Origin: Rhodoluna sp.
GTDB taxonomy: Bacteria > Actinomycetota > Actinomycetes > Actinomycetales > Microbacteriaceae
Assembly (NCBI GenBank): GCA_040402475.1
Contig: JBBAMM010000003.1
Coordinates: 4,652 to 68,651 of the forward strand
Reading direction: 5' to 3'
DNA length: 64,000 bases
The notes under the pieces were generated by a model, which worked only from the letters and a program-made list of their open reading frames with translations, did no database searches and was not told the origin of the DNA. Shown here piece after piece: positions 24,332-32,859 of the stretch. The stretch's first letter is position 1. Each line of letters starts with the position of its first letter. A program made the position numbers and the translations under genes.

Positions 24332-25699
24332 TTGGCTTCATACGAACCAGTAGTTCAAGCAGATCCAGCTGTAATCAAAGGCTTGGATAATTTTCGCAAC
24401 CTTGCTGCAGCCCAACAACCTACCTGGCCTGATGCTGATCAGCTTGAGCAGGTTCGTCAGACATTAGCTAAATATCCACCACTGGTTTTTGCCGGTGAAG
24501 TTGATATCTTGAAAGACCGAATTGCTCAAGCAGCAGCAGGTAAGGCTTTCTTGCTCCAAGGTGGAGACTGTGCTGAAACTTTTGCAGATGCAACTGCAGA
24601 TCGAATTCGAAACAGAGTTAAGACTTTGTTACAGATGGCGGTTGTGCTTACCTACGGTGCATCAATGCCCGTTATCAAAATGGGCCGCATGGCTGGCCAG
24701 TTTGCTAAGCCTCGTTCATCTGATACCGAGACAAGAGAAGAGCTAACTCTTCCTGCATACCGTGGCGATGCTGTTAACGGCTATGACTTCACCGCTGAAT
24801 CAAGAACTCCTGATCCGAAGAGATTGCTGCAGGCATACAACACCTCAGCTTCAACACTGAACCTGATTAGAGCATTCACCATGGGTGGTTTTGCTGATCT
24901 TCGTTCAGTGCATGAGTGGAACAAAGGCTTTACCGATAACCCAGCTAACTCTCGCTACGAGGTGATGGCTCGTGAAATCGATAAGGCTATTAAGTTCATG
25001 GCAGCCTGTGGCGCAAACTTTGGTGAACTAAGAACAACTGAGTTCTATACCAGTCACGAAGGTCTGCTCTTTGATTACGAACGACCTATGACTCGCATCG
25101 ATTCAAGAACTGGAACTCCATATGACACCAGTGCACACTTCATCTGGATCGGTGAACGAACACGTCAGTTAGATGGCGCTCACGTTGACTTCCTGTCTAG
25201 AGTAAGAAACCCATTGGGTGTGAAACTTGGTCCAAGCACATCAGTTGATGACGTCATGGCGCTAATTGAAAAGCTTGACCCAGCTAGGGAACCAGGTCGA
25301 CTGACATTTATCACACGTATGGGTACCGGCAAGATTCGTGAAGCGTTGCCAAAGCTTGTTGAAGCAGTTAGAGATTCTGGTGCTCAACCGCTTTGGATCA
25401 CAGACCCTATGCACGGTAATGGCATAACCACAAAGAACGGTTACAAGTCAAGAAGATTTGATGATGTCATGGATGAAGTAAAGGGCTTCTTTGAAGTTCA
25501 CCGTGCTCTGGGAACCTTCCCTGGTGGAGTTCACGTAGAACTCACTGGCGATGATGTTGCAGAGTGTCTTGGTGGCAGCGAACACATCGATGAACTTACT
25601 TTGGAATCTAGATATGAATCGCTTTGTGATCCAAGACTGAATCATTCACAGTCATTGGAGCTAGCGTTCTTGGTTGCTGAAGAGTTAGCTGCTAGGTAA
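24332..25699 (+). CDS. Class II DAHP synthase
   Basis: QGGDCAE, GQFAKPRS, WIGERTR, DPMHGN, CDPRLN. Confidence 0.96.
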   Translation: MASYEPVVQADPAVIKGLDNFRNLAAAQQPTWPDADQLEQVRQTLAKYPPLVFAGEVDILKDRIAQAAAGKAFLLQGGDCAETFADATADRIRNRVKTLLQMAVVLTYGASMPVIKMGRMAGQFAKPRSSDTETREELTLPAYRGDAVNGYDFTAESRTPDPKRLLQAYNTSASTLNLIRAFTMGGFADLRSVHEWNKGFTDNPANSRYEVMAREIDKAIKFMAACGANFGELRTTEFYTSHEGLLFDYERPMTRIDSRTGTPYDTSAHFIWIGERTRQLDGAHVDFLSRVRNPLGVKLGPSTSVDDVMALIEKLDPAREPGRLTFITRMGTGKIREALPKLVEAVRDSGAQPLWITDPMHGNGITTKNGYKSRRFDDVMDEVKGFFEVHRALGTFPGGVHVELTGDDVAECLGGSEHIDELTLESRYESLCDPRLNHSQSLELAFLVAEELAAR

Positions 25700-25702
25700 T
25701 CT

Positions 25703-27535
25703 CTAACGAGATCTAATAGTTACGCTCTGTCCAACTTTCAGAGTTGATCCAGCAGTTTCACTAACACCAGTTATTCGTTTGATTCCATAGTCTTTGGTGA
25801 GCCACTTTGTGTCAATAATTACTTTCAAGCCCAAAGATTCAAGCAATGACTTACCAGCCAAAATAGTTTCACCTTTGACCTGAGGCATCTTTACAGTTTC
25901 AGGACCGAGGCTGACAACTAGTTTTATTGAAGACCCTTTACCTATTTCAGGTTCGTCTGGAACAACAGATATCACTTGACCCTTAGCGACGCTATTTGAA
26001 TAGCGGGAATCAATCCTTCGAACATTCAATCCAGCAGCTTCCAGAGCGGCCTTCGCAACATTCTTCTGCAAACCAGCAACAACAGGAATTGAACCTAAGG
26101 AAACTTTCAGATCAACACCTGAGGCAACAGCAAGCTCAGTGCCATCCTGGCCGGAATAGGAATAGACGGTACCGATTGGATGCTCTGAGTTAAACCACTC
26201 AGAAACCTTGCCAAGAGCTAGTCTTGCTCCGATGATTTTCGCGGTTGCCGTAACTAGATCAAGCCCTTGGAGAGAAGGAACAGCAACATACTCTTTTCCT
26301 TTGGAGACCAGAATGGTGATGTTCATTCCTCGAGGCACCAAAACGCCTGCACCTGGCTCTGAACCTATAACTTGACCTTTAGTGAAGGTGCTACTGAAAA
26401 CTTCTTTGACAGTGATGTTTTCAGTTAGGGGAGTAAGCAAACTAGTTGCTTGGGCTTGGTTCTTATCTGTGATGCTCGGGATAGGAACCAAAGCACCAGG
26501 ACCTGAGCCGTAATACCAACCGCCGAAAGATCCTGCACTAACTGCAATAAGGCTTGCCACTAACCATCGAGTTGCCAATAATTTGGAAGAGAACTTAGCA
26601 AACGGTTTAGGTTGTTCAGCATCTTCAATGTCAGAGATAACTTCAGTGAAGCTGTTCTGGGGGATGTGATCAGATAGTAAAAGTGTTTGAGCTAGTTCTT
26701 CGGGATCGGTTTTTGTTTTACCTGAGAACTTTTCTAGGTGCGCAAGCGCGATGTATGCATTGCTAGGTCTATTTTCAACCAGTGGCTCTGTGCACCAAAT
26801 CATTAGGTCATTGAGCGCAGTGTCAGCTTGAGGATTAATAGTTCTAGCCGAAGGAACTCGCTCTGTTGTGTGTTGGAAAGCGATCTGCATCGCATCATCA
26901 CCGGAGTAAGGCTGCTTGCCAGTCAGCATTTCAAAGAGCAAGATTCCAAAGCTATAAACATCGCTTGCTGTTTCCGCTTTGCCACGCTTGATTACTTCAG
27001 GGGCCAGATAAGCAACTGTTCCAACTAATGAACCAGTATCGGTGTTAGCCGTTAGTTCTCTGGCCAAACCAAAATCAGTGACCTTTATTCTGCCGTCATC
27101 GGCAAGCAGAATGTTCTCAGGTTTTAGGTCTCGGTGAACTACTCCGTTTTGGTGGGCTTGAGCTAAAGCAGAAAGAACAGCTTTAGAGACCTGAACGATT
27201 TGTTCTGAACGTAACGAACCAAAGTTCTTCAGCGCATCCCTAAGAGTTATGCCTTCAACCAGTTCCAAAACGATAAACGCATGACCTTGGTCATCACCTT
27301 GGTCAAAAATGTTTACCAAATTCGAATGCGCGACCTTAGCAAGCATCCTGGCTTCTCTAAAGAACTTGTCCCTAAAAACCGGATCATCTGAAAGGTGAGG
27401 GTGAATAACTTTTATAGCAACTTGACGATCAAGACGGATGTCTTTACCAAGATAAACAGTCGCCATGCCACCACGAGCAATAACTTCTGTTATTTGATAG
27501 CGACCAGCTAAGGTGACTCCATCAAGGTTAGACAT
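25703..27535 (-). CDS. Ser/Thr protein kinase with PASTA domains (PknL-like)
   Basis: RGGMA, VAIK, HRDLKPEN, DFGLA, YLAPE, one TM segment, about four PASTA repeats. Confidence 0.95.
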   Translation of the reverse strand: MSNLDGVTLAGRYQITEVIARGGMATVYLGKDIRLDRQVAIKVIHPHLSDDPVFRDKFFREARMLAKVAHSNLVNIFDQGDDQGHAFIVLELVEGITLRDALKNFGSLRSEQIVQVSKAVLSALAQAHQNGVVHRDLKPENILLADDGRIKVTDFGLARELTANTDTGSLVGTVAYLAPEVIKRGKAETASDVYSFGILLFEMLTGKQPYSGDDAMQIAFQHTTERVPSARTINPQADTALNDLMIWCTEPLVENRPSNAYIALAHLEKFSGKTKTDPEELAQTLLLSDHIPQNSFTEVISDIEDAEQPKPFAKFSSKLLATRWLVASLIAVSAGSFGGWYYGSGPGALVPIPSITDKNQAQATSLLTPLTENITVKEVFSSTFTKGQVIGSEPGAGVLVPRGMNITILVSKGKEYVAVPSLQGLDLVTATAKIIGARLALGKVSEWFNSEHPIGTVYSYSGQDGTELAVASGVDLKVSLGSIPVVAGLQKNVAKAALEAAGLNVRRIDSRYSNSVAKGQVISVVPDEPEIGKGSSIKLVVSLGPETVKMPQVKGETILAGKSLLESLGLKVIIDTKWLTKDYGIKRITGVSETAGSTLKVGQSVTIRSR

Positions 27536-28493
27536 TTTCGGTTGCCCTAACTTCAGAGAGCCAAGACCATGCTGATGCTTCCCAAAGGGAAGCTCCTGCT
27601 GCTAAATCTTCAAAACCTGCTTGAGTTAGAGCCTGCTTTACGTTGAGAGTTTCTAAACCGACCACCAAGGATAATTTGCTAATTAGCTCTTTTGCTGCAG
27701 CCAACACTCCAAACTCAGGAACTAAACCTGAGCGTTGCATCTCCAAGCAAAAAGCATTCACAATCAAATAATCGCTGGCATCTTGTTCTTTAGCAACTTG
27801 GAAATACTTCTGAGCTGTTCCAAATGAGGTGGGGGCAAGTTTTACTAAAGCAGGACAGTTCAACGGCCCATGAGAAATAGGAACGATAAGTTTCTGACCT
27901 TCATAGAGCATGGCATTCCAGCTCAAACCATTAGCAGTTAGCAGTGCTTGTGTGCTAACTCCATGGAAGGCAGCAACCCTACTTGGTTGATCTCCAGTTT
28001 TTACAACATGGTAACCGTGCACCAAACAGTGAGCAGGGAAAGGTCTTTGTAGTTTTGCGGGTTGATCTAAAGTTTCTGAAGTCTTGTCGGCAACCAGTTT
28101 TAGTAGTGTGCCGGGGAAGAGAATTGAAGTGTCGGTTAGGTCATTGAGCTTTTGCAAAGCTGTGACGCTGATTCCGAATCGGGCGGCGATAGCGAAGATG
28201 CTTTCACCTAAAGCCACCAAATGTTCAGTTGGAGCAGCAGTAGTTACTTCATCTTCAACCGGAATTGGAATCACGAGTTTTTGCCCTGGAAAAATAAGTG
28301 ACTGCTCAGTCAGGCCATTGGCTTTTGTGAGTTCTGCTATCGATAAGCCATGTATTTGAGCTATCACAGCCAAGTTTTGACCTGGAGTAACCAGATGCAA
28401 CGAGGCAGAATCTGCAGCGGAGACGTTTCGTGAGCCAGTTCCGGGTAGGCCTGATTTACCTAGTCGAATCTCGTTTTCAGGGCCAGTTGTCAT
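27528..28493 (-). CDS. LysM-repeat protein (3 LysM) with degenerate C-terminal domain
   Basis: Three repeats HxVxxGxx...IA..xG....L...N......(I/L)xxGxxL; start uncertain (28493 or 28529). Confidence 0.85.
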   Translation of the reverse strand: MTTGPENEIRLGKSGLPGTGSRNVSAADSASLHLVTPGQNLAVIAQIHGLSIAELTKANGLTEQSLIFPGQKLVIPIPVEDEVTTAAPTEHLVALGESIFAIAARFGISVTALQKLNDLTDTSILFPGTLLKLVADKTSETLDQPAKLQRPFPAHCLVHGYHVVKTGDQPSRVAAFHGVSTQALLTANGLSWNAMLYEGQKLIVPISHGPLNCPALVKLAPTSFGTAQKYFQVAKEQDASDYLIVNAFCLEMQRSGLVPEFGVLAAAKELISKLSLVVGLETLNVKQALTQAGFEDLAAGASLWEASAWSWLSEVRATENV

Positions 28494-28578
28494 ATTTCCG
28501 TTGTTGTTTGGGCATAAATATCGTGCCATGTTGTTAGTTCAGATGGTATCAAGCGCTCAGGTGTGGCAATCTTAAGGA

Positions 28579-28926
28579 GTGACTGAACCCATAGATCAAG
28601 TTTCAAGTTGGCTTACCGTTCCTGAGGCTGGTGAATTGCTCGGCATTGTGCCTGGCAAGGTGCGTCGCCTCATCGAAGAACACACCCTCATTGCCGTTAA
28701 ACGCGAAGGTGTCCTAAGAATTCCCGCTGAATTGATTATTCAAGGCGAACCTTTGCATTCCCTGCGAGGAACTGTTCTAGTGCTTTTAGACTCAGGCTTC
28801 TCATTGCAAGGTGCAATCGATTGGCTTTACAGTTTGGATGATTCCCTAAAGACGACCCCAATGGCAGCTCTTATCTCAGGTCGCAAGGCAGAGGTAAGAA
28901 GACTAGCTCAGTCGCTAGCACTCTAG
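28579..28926 (+). CDS. Rv2175c-family DNA-binding protein
   Basis: WLTVPEAGELLG HTH, LRGTVLVL.D.G, GRKAEVRR.AQ. Confidence 0.9.
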   Translation: MTEPIDQVSSWLTVPEAGELLGIVPGKVRRLIEEHTLIAVKREGVLRIPAELIIQGEPLHSLRGTVLVLLDSGFSLQGAIDWLYSLDDSLKTTPMAALISGRKAEVRRLAQSLAL

Positions 28927-30047
28927 GCGTCTCGGTTAATTACTTTCAGCGCTAGCGCTTTCAAGGCTGATTTTGCTGTGGCTTCCAAAGCTGCCGCTTC
29001 TAATGACTCTAGAGATCTATCTGCTAACTCAACAATCATGCGTTCAGTTTTTTCTAACGCACCTGATTCCTTGATAAGTCTTTGCATAAAAGCAATCTGC
29101 TGAGCATCTAGATCTCTGCTGGTTAGTAGTTCTTCAAAACTTTCTGCCATCGAAGGGGATCTCTCAGCAAGTGATTCTTTAGTAAGTGCAATAAGAACTG
29201 TTCGCTTGCCTTCACGGAGGTCATCGCCGGCAGGTTTACCGGTAACACTCGGGTCACCGAACACACCAAGAATGTCATCTCGAAGCTGGAATGCAATTCC
29301 TAGCGGAATTCCAAATTGACTAAACATACCCAGTGTTGACTGATCTGCACCAGCGAAAGCTGCGCCGATACGAAGCGGTGCTTCGATGCTGTATTTAGCT
29401 GTTTTATAAAGAATTACTTTTTCAGCTCGACCAACGCCTTCGGTTACTGGTCTTGATGGCGCAGCATTTTCTTCCAAGACATCTAGGTATTGTCCCGCCA
29501 TTACCTCAACGCGCATCAAACTGAACTCATCGCGACATGCGCTTTCGATTTCTCTGGTCGGGGAGTGCAATAGAGCATTTCCAAAAATCTCGCTAGACCA
29601 GCCAAGCATCAGGTCACCAACTAGAACAGAACCCGCAACTCCAAAACGTTCTGGTGAACCAGCCCACTGCTTGTCTTTGTGTAAGGTTTCAAATCTTTTG
29701 TGAATTGCTGGTGCTCCGCGACGTGTGTCTGACTGATCTAGTAGGTCATCATGAACCAGGGCAGCAGCGTGGAACATTTCGAGTGATGCTGCAATGCCTG
29801 CGATTGCCTCTTCAGAATCATTAACTTCAGTTTCACTTTGGTGGTAGTTTGCATCGGTAAGCGAACTACGCCAAGCCCAGTAACAGAACAGAGCCCTGAA
29901 CCGCTTGCCACCTTGTAGCAAGCTGTGGGTGTAATCAACCACAGGTATCAAATCAGCGGAAATAGCCTCAAAATCGGCTCTTTGCTTCTGGCAGAAGAGA
30001 TCGAGGTTCTCTTGAACCTGGCTGAGAAGATTTTCGGTTGATTTCAC
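28923..30047 (-). CDS. Polyprenyl diphosphate synthase (GGPP synthase-like)
   Basis: GGKRFR, HDDLLD...RRG, GQYLD, KTAKY, FQLRDD, DDLREGK. Confidence 0.94.
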   Translation of the reverse strand: MKSTENLLSQVQENLDLFCQKQRADFEAISADLIPVVDYTHSLLQGGKRFRALFCYWAWRSSLTDANYHQSETEVNDSEEAIAGIAASLEMFHAAALVHDDLLDQSDTRRGAPAIHKRFETLHKDKQWAGSPERFGVAGSVLVGDLMLGWSSEIFGNALLHSPTREIESACRDEFSLMRVEVMAGQYLDVLEENAAPSRPVTEGVGRAEKVILYKTAKYSIEAPLRIGAAFAGADQSTLGMFSQFGIPLGIAFQLRDDILGVFGDPSVTGKPAGDDLREGKRTVLIALTKESLAERSPSMAESFEELLTSRDLDAQQIAFMQRLIKESGALEKTERMIVELADRSLESLEAAALEATAKSALKALALKVINRDA

Positions 30048-30093
30048 TGGAATAGCCTAACTTGCGGTTAGGGATTAGCATTTAAGCGAAAGC

Positions 30094-30465
30094 ATGGAGG
30101 TTTTCGTGGGACTTAGTGATAAAGAACAGAAGGTTCTTGACGAGCTGGAACGTCAGCTAACTGGCGGGAAGTCTGAAAAGCCTAAAGTCGAGCAAAAGCA
30201 AGTAACCAGGCAGAGCTACGCAAGGCTGCTAGTTGCTGGTTCCTTGCTGGTGGTTATTGGCCTAAGCATTCTGGTATTTGCCACTTCACTGCACCAGATC
30301 TGGCTTGGGGTAATAGCTTTCTTGGTCATGCTCGGAGGGCTCTATCTAGTAAGCCAAAATTGGTCCGGCAAGGCATATAGAGCAGCAAAACCAGCCCCAA
30401 AGCAGTCAGCTGAGCAAGGTAATTTCTTCCAAAAGCGCTGGGATGATCGCAACAACAGAAGCTAA
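30094..30465 (+). CDS. DUF3040 membrane protein
   Basis: LSDKEQKVLDELERQL, two TM helices, RWD.R C-terminus; upstream of mraZ. Confidence 0.85.
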   Translation: MEVFVGLSDKEQKVLDELERQLTGGKSEKPKVEQKQVTRQSYARLLVAGSLLVVIGLSILVFATSLHQIWLGVIAFLVMLGGLYLVSQNWSGKAYRAAKPAPKQSAEQGNFFQKRWDDRNNRS

Positions 30466-30490
30466 TTTGGCTAAATAGCCACAGTTTTTA

Positions 30491-30520
30491 GGGCTCCAAC
30501 CTCAGGTTGGGGCCCTTTTT
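30491..30520 (+). terminator. Intrinsic terminator after DUF3040 gene
   Basis: GGGCTCCAACC-TCA-GGTTGGGGCCC followed by TTTTT. Confidence 0.85.
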
Positions 30521-30596
30521 CCTTTAAAAACCAACCTTTTTCGCCAGATTTCTGGATTTTCCCTCCACCGAATTGCCCCTTGTGTTTATTGGTAAT

Positions 30597-30604
30597 GACA
30601 CGCC
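30597..30604 (+). promoter_or_regulatory. GACACGCC, WhiA-type box upstream of mraZ
   Basis: Recurring intergenic motif. Confidence 0.5.
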
Positions 30605-30638
30605 AGAATAGTAGTTTGTTCTGCATAATTTGATATTT

Positions 30639-30664
30639 GTGGATGAAAGTGGTGTAATGTGGAG
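30639..30664 (+). promoter_or_regulatory. MraZ binding repeats (3x GTGG, 10-bp period)
   Basis: GTGG at 30639, 30649 and 30659 directly upstream of mraZ. Confidence 0.8.
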
Positions 30665-30701
30665 TGCATAAGCGAAGTCGCACTGAGGAAGGGAGCAGCC
30701 A

Positions 30702-31133
30702 ATGTTCATAGGCACTAGCTACCCAAAACTTGACGACAAGTTCCGCTTGATCTTGCCAGCCAAATTCCGTGACCGTCTAGCCGGTGGAGTTGTGCTAACT
30801 AAAGGGCAAGAGAACTGTGTGGTTTTACTTACGACTGCAGAATTTGAAGCCAGGGCAGAAGCTCTTGCAGGAACTGCACCTTTAGGCTCTCGCCAACGCA
30901 GAGGTCTTAACCGTCATTACTTCAACCTTGCTGAGCCTCAGACACCTGATGGACAAGGACGCATTCTCGTTGTCTCAGGTTTGCGTGAATGGGCTGAACT
31001 TGGTCGCGACCTAGTTGTCGTTGGTGTTGGTAAGCACATAGAAATTTGGAACCCAGAGAAGTACGCAGCCTTTATGGAAGCTACTGCAGAAGAATTTGCA
31101 AACTTCAACGAGGGGGAGGTGACGCTCAACTAA
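30702..31133 (+). CDS. mraZ: Division/cell wall cluster repressor MraZ
   Basis: MFIG...LDDK.RL.LPAKFR, DGQGRI, GVG.HIEIW. Confidence 0.95.
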   Translation: MFIGTSYPKLDDKFRLILPAKFRDRLAGGVVLTKGQENCVVLLTTAEFEARAEALAGTAPLGSRQRRGLNRHYFNLAEPQTPDGQGRILVVSGLREWAELGRDLVVVGVGKHIEIWNPEKYAAFMEATAEEFANFNEGEVTLN

Positions 31134-31134
31134 T

Positions 31135-31234
31135 TCCTAGATTTTGATCTCCAGCTATTTGGCTTGTGGCTTTCTTCCCCGATGCCAGACGCAGCAACCA
31201 AAAGGTGCAAATGGATGGGGTTCAGAATCTAGGA
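31135..31234 (+). ncRNA. mraW RNA motif (cis-regulatory hairpin)
   Basis: Basal stem TCCTAGATTTTGA/TCAGAATCTAGGA, apical TGGC/GCCA stem, loop containing CTTCCCC (31174-31180); between mraZ and rsmH as described for the actinobacterial mraW motif. Confidence 0.8.
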
Positions 31235-31248
31235 CTTACAGCAAAAAG

Positions 31249-32208
31249 ATGAACGAAATCGCTTCACTTCACGAACCAGTTCTTTTAGAGCGTTGCATTG
31301 AAATTTTGGGGGAGTCACTCACAGGTGAATCAGCAATTCTTGTTGATGGAACTCTTGGCCTCGGTGGACACAGCGAGGCCTTTCTTCGTAGGTTCCCTCA
31401 GCTAACCCTCGTTGGCATTGACCGCGATGAGAATGCATTGAAACTTGCTGGTGAGCGTCTAGCACCGTTTGCTGATCGCATTCATCTTGTTCAAGCCGTA
31501 TACAGCGAGATTCCAGAAGTTCTTCAAGAACTTGGCATCAATCTTGCTGATGCAGTCTTACTAGACCTTGGCGTTTCTTCAATGCAGCTTGATCAGCGTG
31601 AACGTGGCTTTGCTTATTCATTTGATGCTCCTTTGGACATGCGTATGGATGGTTCAGCAGAGCTAACCGCAGCAGTGGTTCTAAATGAATACAGCGAAGA
31701 TGAACTTTCAAGAATCTTCAAAGTTTATGGTGAAGAGCGTTACGCAAAGCCAATTGCTAAGCAGATTGTCAAAGTTCGCACCCAGACTCCTTTTGTTCAC
31801 AGCAAACAGCTAACTGAGATCATCTCAAAGATTGTTCCATTCATCCCTGGTAAGAGTTCAGGTCACCCTGCTAAGCGAGTATTCCAAGCCCTTCGCATTG
31901 AAGTAAACAGCGAACTTGAGATTCTCGAAGAGACAATCCCTGCGGTTATCGACTCACTAAGAGTGGGCGGCAGAGTGTTAGTTCTTTCATACCAATCTTT
32001 AGAAGACCGAATCGTCAAGCAGGCACTTGTTGCCGCAGCTACCTCTTCAGCGCCAGTTGATCTTCCAATTGAGCTTGCTGAACATGCCCCAGTACTTCGA
32101 CTAGTTGTTCGTGGCGCTGAAAAAGCAACACCAGAAGAAATCAAAGAAAACCCAAGGTCTGCATCAGTTCGCCTGCGTGCTGCCGAAAAGATAAGGAACG
32201 CCGCATGA
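31249..32208 (+). CDS. rsmH: 16S rRNA m4C1402 methyltransferase RsmH (MraW)
   Basis: HEPVLL, DGTLGLGGH, DLGVSSMQLD, PLDMRMD, FQALRIEVN, NPRS.S. Confidence 0.97.
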   Translation: MNEIASLHEPVLLERCIEILGESLTGESAILVDGTLGLGGHSEAFLRRFPQLTLVGIDRDENALKLAGERLAPFADRIHLVQAVYSEIPEVLQELGINLADAVLLDLGVSSMQLDQRERGFAYSFDAPLDMRMDGSAELTAAVVLNEYSEDELSRIFKVYGEERYAKPIAKQIVKVRTQTPFVHSKQLTEIISKIVPFIPGKSSGHPAKRVFQALRIEVNSELEILEETIPAVIDSLRVGGRVLVLSYQSLEDRIVKQALVAAATSSAPVDLPIELAEHAPVLRLVVRGAEKATPEEIKENPRSASVRLRAAEKIRNAA

Positions 32209-32840
32209 GCGTATTAAGAGCAGCTCAACCTATTCGTCCGATTGCACCTCGGAGACACCTAAGACCGGTATCGAATGTTCCGGCACCGCTTCGCAGACCG
32301 AAGCAAGCTGTTTCTGTCAGAAGTGCTGTTGCTACCAGTGCTTCTAAAGGATTAGCCAAGAAGGTCATCTACGGTTTGGTATCAGTTGTTGTGTTGAACC
32401 TGCTTATCAACTTGCTTTGTAACCAATCGATTTACAAGATCTCTGAACTAAAGCGTGAAAGTGCTGAGCTTTCAACTCAGGCTCAGATTGTTGGTCAACA
32501 GGTTGATTCCCTTCGCTCTCCTCAAAACCTTGCTAACAGTGCACGTGCCTTGGGCATGATTGTTAGCTCGAACCAGGTATTCCTAAACGTTCGTGAAGGA
32601 AAAGTGCTAGGTAATGCAGTTCCTGCATCAGTTAGTAACGCCAACTCTGTTTCCTCTAACTTGATTGCTAACGCTGCAATGATCTCCAAGAGCGATCCTT
32701 CCAAATTCTCTGCTGCGAAAAAGGCAAAGCTTGAAGTGCCAACTGTTAATCCAAATTCGACGAGTGTCATCCCCGCAAATACAGGCTCTACCAAAGTAGT
32801 TTTGCCTAGTGCGGGCATTCCTGCCTCACCAACTCACTAA
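32205..32840 (+). CDS. ftsL: Cell division protein FtsL-like
   Basis: Basic N-terminus, TM, coiled coil, SPQNLA..A..LGM; between rsmH and ftsI. Confidence 0.75.
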   Translation: MSVLRAAQPIRPIAPRRHLRPVSNVPAPLRRPKQAVSVRSAVATSASKGLAKKVIYGLVSVVVLNLLINLLCNQSIYKISELKRESAELSTQAQIVGQQVDSLRSPQNLANSARALGMIVSSNQVFLNVREGKVLGNAVPASVSNANSVSSNLIANAAMISKSDPSKFSAAKKAKLEVPTVNPNSTSVIPANTGSTKVVLPSAGIPASPTH

Positions 32841-32859
32841 AACTCGGTAGGGGCAACTC

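Noticed and set aside
28923-30047. Carotenoid or actinorhodopsin cluster
   Set aside because: Lone polyprenyl synthase at its usual pre-dcw position; no crt or rhodopsin genes in the window
30471-30715. Short minus-strand ORFs upstream of mraZ
   Set aside because: They overlap a terminator and MraZ boxes and show no recognisable protein features
31144-31248. N-terminal extension of RsmH given in the ORF track
   Set aside because: Region is the structured mraW RNA; homology starts at ATG 31249
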